Positions 61,222 to 64,000 of a stretch of 64,000 nucleotides of DNA are shown here, in pieces. The position numbers and the translations under genes were made by a program. The notes under the pieces are model-generated. The model did no database searches. It was not told where the DNA came from and saw only the letters and a list, made by a program, of their open reading frames with translations. The DNA is taken from positions 30,821-94,820 of the forward strand of contig JAXHVD010000009.1 in assembly GCA_034189385.1 (NCBI GenBank), written 5' to 3'. Position 1 is the stretch's first letter; every line of letters starts with the position of its first letter. The DNA is from Thermodesulfobacteriota bacterium (GTDB lineage Bacteria > Desulfobacterota > Desulfobacteria > Desulfobacterales > C00003060).

Positions 61222-63726
61222 TCACGCCGGTTCCTTGATGATGGTGGCAAGGGCCAGGGCCCGGTCTGAGAGGCCAAATATGCTTGAAAGGGCGTCTTTG
61301 CAGCTTGCACTGGGCCCCGATTGGTGGTGGAGGGTCATTTGCGTGGTTGACGGAGAGAGGATTTGCAGGTCTGTCACCACTTTTTTTAGGTCCACGGTCT
61401 TGGTGCGGCCCTTTCGATTGGTCTTAGTAAGGGGCCAGGTCTTGCTTTTTAAGAAATCCTTAAGTTTCCTGTCAGAGAACTCCTCCTGTTTCAGGGTCAC
61501 AGTGTGGCGGGAGGGTTTTGGAGCTTGTTTGGGCCCGTGCTTCGGGGCGTCCGCGCAGCCTGTAATGGTAAGGCCGTCTGGCAATTGCTCGTTCACACGA
61601 TCTATCAGGGACGACTTCTTTACATGGAGGGGCACTTCGAGGATGAGGTGCTCTTCAGTGCTCTCAATGCCCACGGGGAGGGCGGACTCAAAAGAGACCT
61701 TGGGGGCGGGGTGAAACCCTTCTGAGAATCTCATGGGTATCTTGGCCCGTCTTAGGGCCCTCGTGAAGATCTTCATGAGTTCCAGGTGGCCAAAGTACTT
61801 GGCAGGGCCTTGCTTGGCGTAGAAGACTTGAAGTCTCTTAAAGAGAGAAGGCCGGGCCTTTTTTTTAGGAATCTGGACCCCGTTAACGGCACTTTCCGGT
61901 TCAAAGGTGACCGGCTTTATCACCTCCAGGTCGCAAACCCCGCATAGGTTGCAATCGCCCTTTCGACAATCGGGTGTAACGGTGCCGGCCATAGCCCTTT
62001 CCCACTCTGCCTGGAGGTAGGTTTTAGAGACCCCGGAATCGATGTGATCCCAGGGGAGGGGTTCTGAGAGATCGCGGGTTCGGGTGGTGTAGAAATCAAG
62101 ATCTACGCCGCAGGCGTCAATGGCTTCTTTCCAGCGTTCATCGTCGAAGTGATCGCTCCACCCATCAAAACGGCACCCCATCTCGTAGGCCTTGACGAGC
62201 AACGGGCTCAACCGTCTGTCCCCTCTTGCCCAAAGCCCTTCCAGGATACTCATTTCAGGGGTCTGCCACTTGAAACGCAGGCCCTTTCCTCTAAGTCGGC
62301 TTCGGAGCATGTGAAGTCTCTCTTTGATCTCCCCCAAAGAGATCTGAGGGCACCACTGAAAGGGGGTGTGGGCCTTTGGGATGAAGGTAGAGACACTGAC
62401 GGTGATGTTCTTGTTGCGCCGGCCCGGGGCAGGGACCCGCTTTAGCCTTTTTGCCAGTGCCACAATGGCCTCAAGATCTGTCACAGTCTCTGTAGGAAGC
62501 CCTATCATGAAATAGAGCTTGATGAGTTGCCATCCCAGGCCAAAGGCATTTCTAACCGTCTCCTCTAGGGCGTCTTCTGTGACACCCTTGTTGATCACGT
62601 CGCGAAGACGCTGGCTTCCTGCTTCTGGGGCCACCGTAAAACCTGTCTTTCTCACCCGTTTGATCTGGGTCATGAGACTGTCGGTAAGGGTGCCAACGCG
62701 GAGTGAGGGTAAAGAGACAGAGATCTTTTCCGGTTCGCACCGGCCCATGAGTTGCTCCATAAGGGGCTGGATGGCGCCGTAGTCTCCTGTGGATAGAGAA
62801 AGCAGGGAGAGATCCTCATACCCAGTATGGGCCAGGGACACTTCTGCCAAAGAGAGGATGGTCTCAGGTGCCCGTTCGCGCACTGGGCGATAGATCATTC
62901 CGGCCTGGCAGAAACGGCAGCCTCTCGTGCAACCCCGGCAGATCTCCAGGCTGAGGCGGTTGTGGATGGGGTTTCCAAAGGGGATGACAGGGTGGTCTGG
63001 ATAGGGGACCTCGTTCACATCGGAAACGAGGGCCTTGCCAATAGTGGCGTGGTCAGAAAACCGGGGTGTGAGCACCTGAAGCCCCGCCTTGTTCTCCTGT
63101 GGATCAAAGAAAGAAGGCACATAGACGCCTCGAATACGGGACCATTCCCTTAGGAGTTGCTCGCGGTCGCCTTGTGCCTCTTTCCACTTCAGCCAGGTCT
63201 CTGCCAATTCTAGGACTGCGACCTCACCATCGCCGATGAGCATGGCGTCAAAGAACTCGGCTACGGGTTCAGGGTTAAAGGCACAGGGGCCGCCGGCCAC
63301 CACAAAGGGGTGTGTGTGGTCTCTGTCTTTAGCGTAAAAAGGGATATGGGAAAGATCTAAGATAGTCAGGATATTCGTGAAGTTGAGTTCATACAAGAGG
63401 CTGAAGCCGATGATGTCAAAATCTGAAAGGGGGGTTCGGGTTTCAAGGCTAGAAAGGGGAATATGGCGGGCCCGCAACTCCGCTTCCAGGTCCAGCCCAG
63501 GGGCAAAGACCCTTTCGGCAGCCATCTCTTTTCGGGCATTTAGGACATGGTACAGAATCTGGATCCCTACATGGGACATGCCCACCTCGTAGAGATCGGG
63601 GAAAGCAAGGGCGAACCTGAGCCTCACTTGAGCAGGGTCTTTTCGGATGGCGTTGATTTCCGAACCGAGGTAGCGGCTGGGGTTTCGGATCAAGGGCAAC
63701 ACTATGTCCAAAGATTGACGGTTCAT
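61222..63726 (-). CDS. TIGR03960-type B12-binding radical SAM protein fused to a TIGR03936/DUF2344 domain
   Basis: PSRYLGSE, FPDLYEVGMS, RGCTRGCRFC, APEAGSQRLR, C-terminal FSEGFHPAPKVSF..ALPVG. Confidence 0.92.
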   Translation of the reverse strand: MNRQSLDIVLPLIRNPSRYLGSEINAIRKDPAQVRLRFALAFPDLYEVGMSHVGIQILYHVLNARKEMAAERVFAPGLDLEAELRARHIPLSSLETRTPLSDFDIIGFSLLYELNFTNILTILDLSHIPFYAKDRDHTHPFVVAGGPCAFNPEPVAEFFDAMLIGDGEVAVLELAETWLKWKEAQGDREQLLREWSRIRGVYVPSFFDPQENKAGLQVLTPRFSDHATIGKALVSDVNEVPYPDHPVIPFGNPIHNRLSLEICRGCTRGCRFCQAGMIYRPVRERAPETILSLAEVSLAHTGYEDLSLLSLSTGDYGAIQPLMEQLMGRCEPEKISVSLPSLRVGTLTDSLMTQIKRVRKTGFTVAPEAGSQRLRDVINKGVTEDALEETVRNAFGLGWQLIKLYFMIGLPTETVTDLEAIVALAKRLKRVPAPGRRNKNITVSVSTFIPKAHTPFQWCPQISLGEIKERLHMLRSRLRGKGLRFKWQTPEMSILEGLWARGDRRLSPLLVKAYEMGCRFDGWSDHFDDERWKEAIDACGVDLDFYTTRTRDLSEPLPWDHIDSGVSKTYLQAEWERAMAGTVTPDCRKGDCNLCGVCDLEVIKPVTFEPESAVNGVQIPKKKARPSLFKRLQVFYAKQGPAKYFGHLELMKIFTRALRRAKIPMRFSEGFHPAPKVSFESALPVGIESTEEHLILEVPLHVKKSSLIDRVNEQLPDGLTITGCADAPKHGPKQAPKPSRHTVTLKQEEFSDRKLKDFLKSKTWPLTKTNRKGRTKTVDLKKVVTDLQILSPSTTQMTLHHQSGPSASCKDALSSIFGLSDRALALATIIKEPA

Positions 63727-63800
63727 CGTTTCCTTGTTATTCGTCTATAAGGATCATTTCCAGAAGCGTTGGCATGCTCCTGAGGGTTCGAGGGGCCAAA

Positions 63801-64000
63801 GATTGCGGCTTCTGCCTTAAGAGATTGCAGCTTTCGCCTTAAGAGATTGCGGCTTTCGCCTTAAGAGATTGCGGCTTCTGCCTTAAGAGATTGCGGCTTT
63901 CGCCTTAAGAGATTGCGGCTTCTGCCTTAAGAGATTGCGGCTTTCGCCTTAAGAGATTGCGGCTTCTGCCTTAAGAGATTGCGGCTTTCGCCTTAAGAGA
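63801..64000. repeat. 22-bp tandem repeat, at least 9 units, running off the window
   Basis: GATTGCGGC(TTCT/TTTC)GCCTTAAGA head to tail, no spacers. Confidence 0.95.

Noticed and set aside
63801..64000. CRISPR array
   Set aside because: Units are contiguous with no unique spacers, and there are no cas genes in the window.

Overview
A 64 kb chromosomal segment whose gene content suggests an anaerobic Desulfobacterota (deltaproteobacterial) genome. It is mostly housekeeping: glgP with a partner-switching module, leuCD-pssA-psd, tsaB-lon, pilD-kinase-alr, ftsEX-envC-ctpA, tal, thiC, dnaN-gyrB-thyA, tRNA-Ala, pyrF, comEC, murA, AOR, cobB, hisF, gdh and a vapBC-type pair. The main finding, missed by the ORF track, is an 80-codon gene at 53043-53285 (minus) upstream of an SbtM-like radical SAM/SPASM maturase. 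It has three in-frame UGA codons, each in a Ser-UGA-Ser-Gly context, and two are followed 11-12 nt later by an fdhF-type SECIS hairpin. It is a candidate multi-core, tri-selenocysteine RiPP precursor of the selenobiotic (SbtA) family. Other notable items: a candidate oriC (G/C skew switch judged by eye) upstream of dnaN with no adjacent dnaA; three MITE-like elements sharing a covarying structured core, two of them nested in REP-like palindromes; an orphan structured element resembling an IS110 non-coding end; a zone of gene debris at 8-14 kb; and a 22-bp tandem array at the right edge. All assignments come from motif recognition by eye; no database searches were run.
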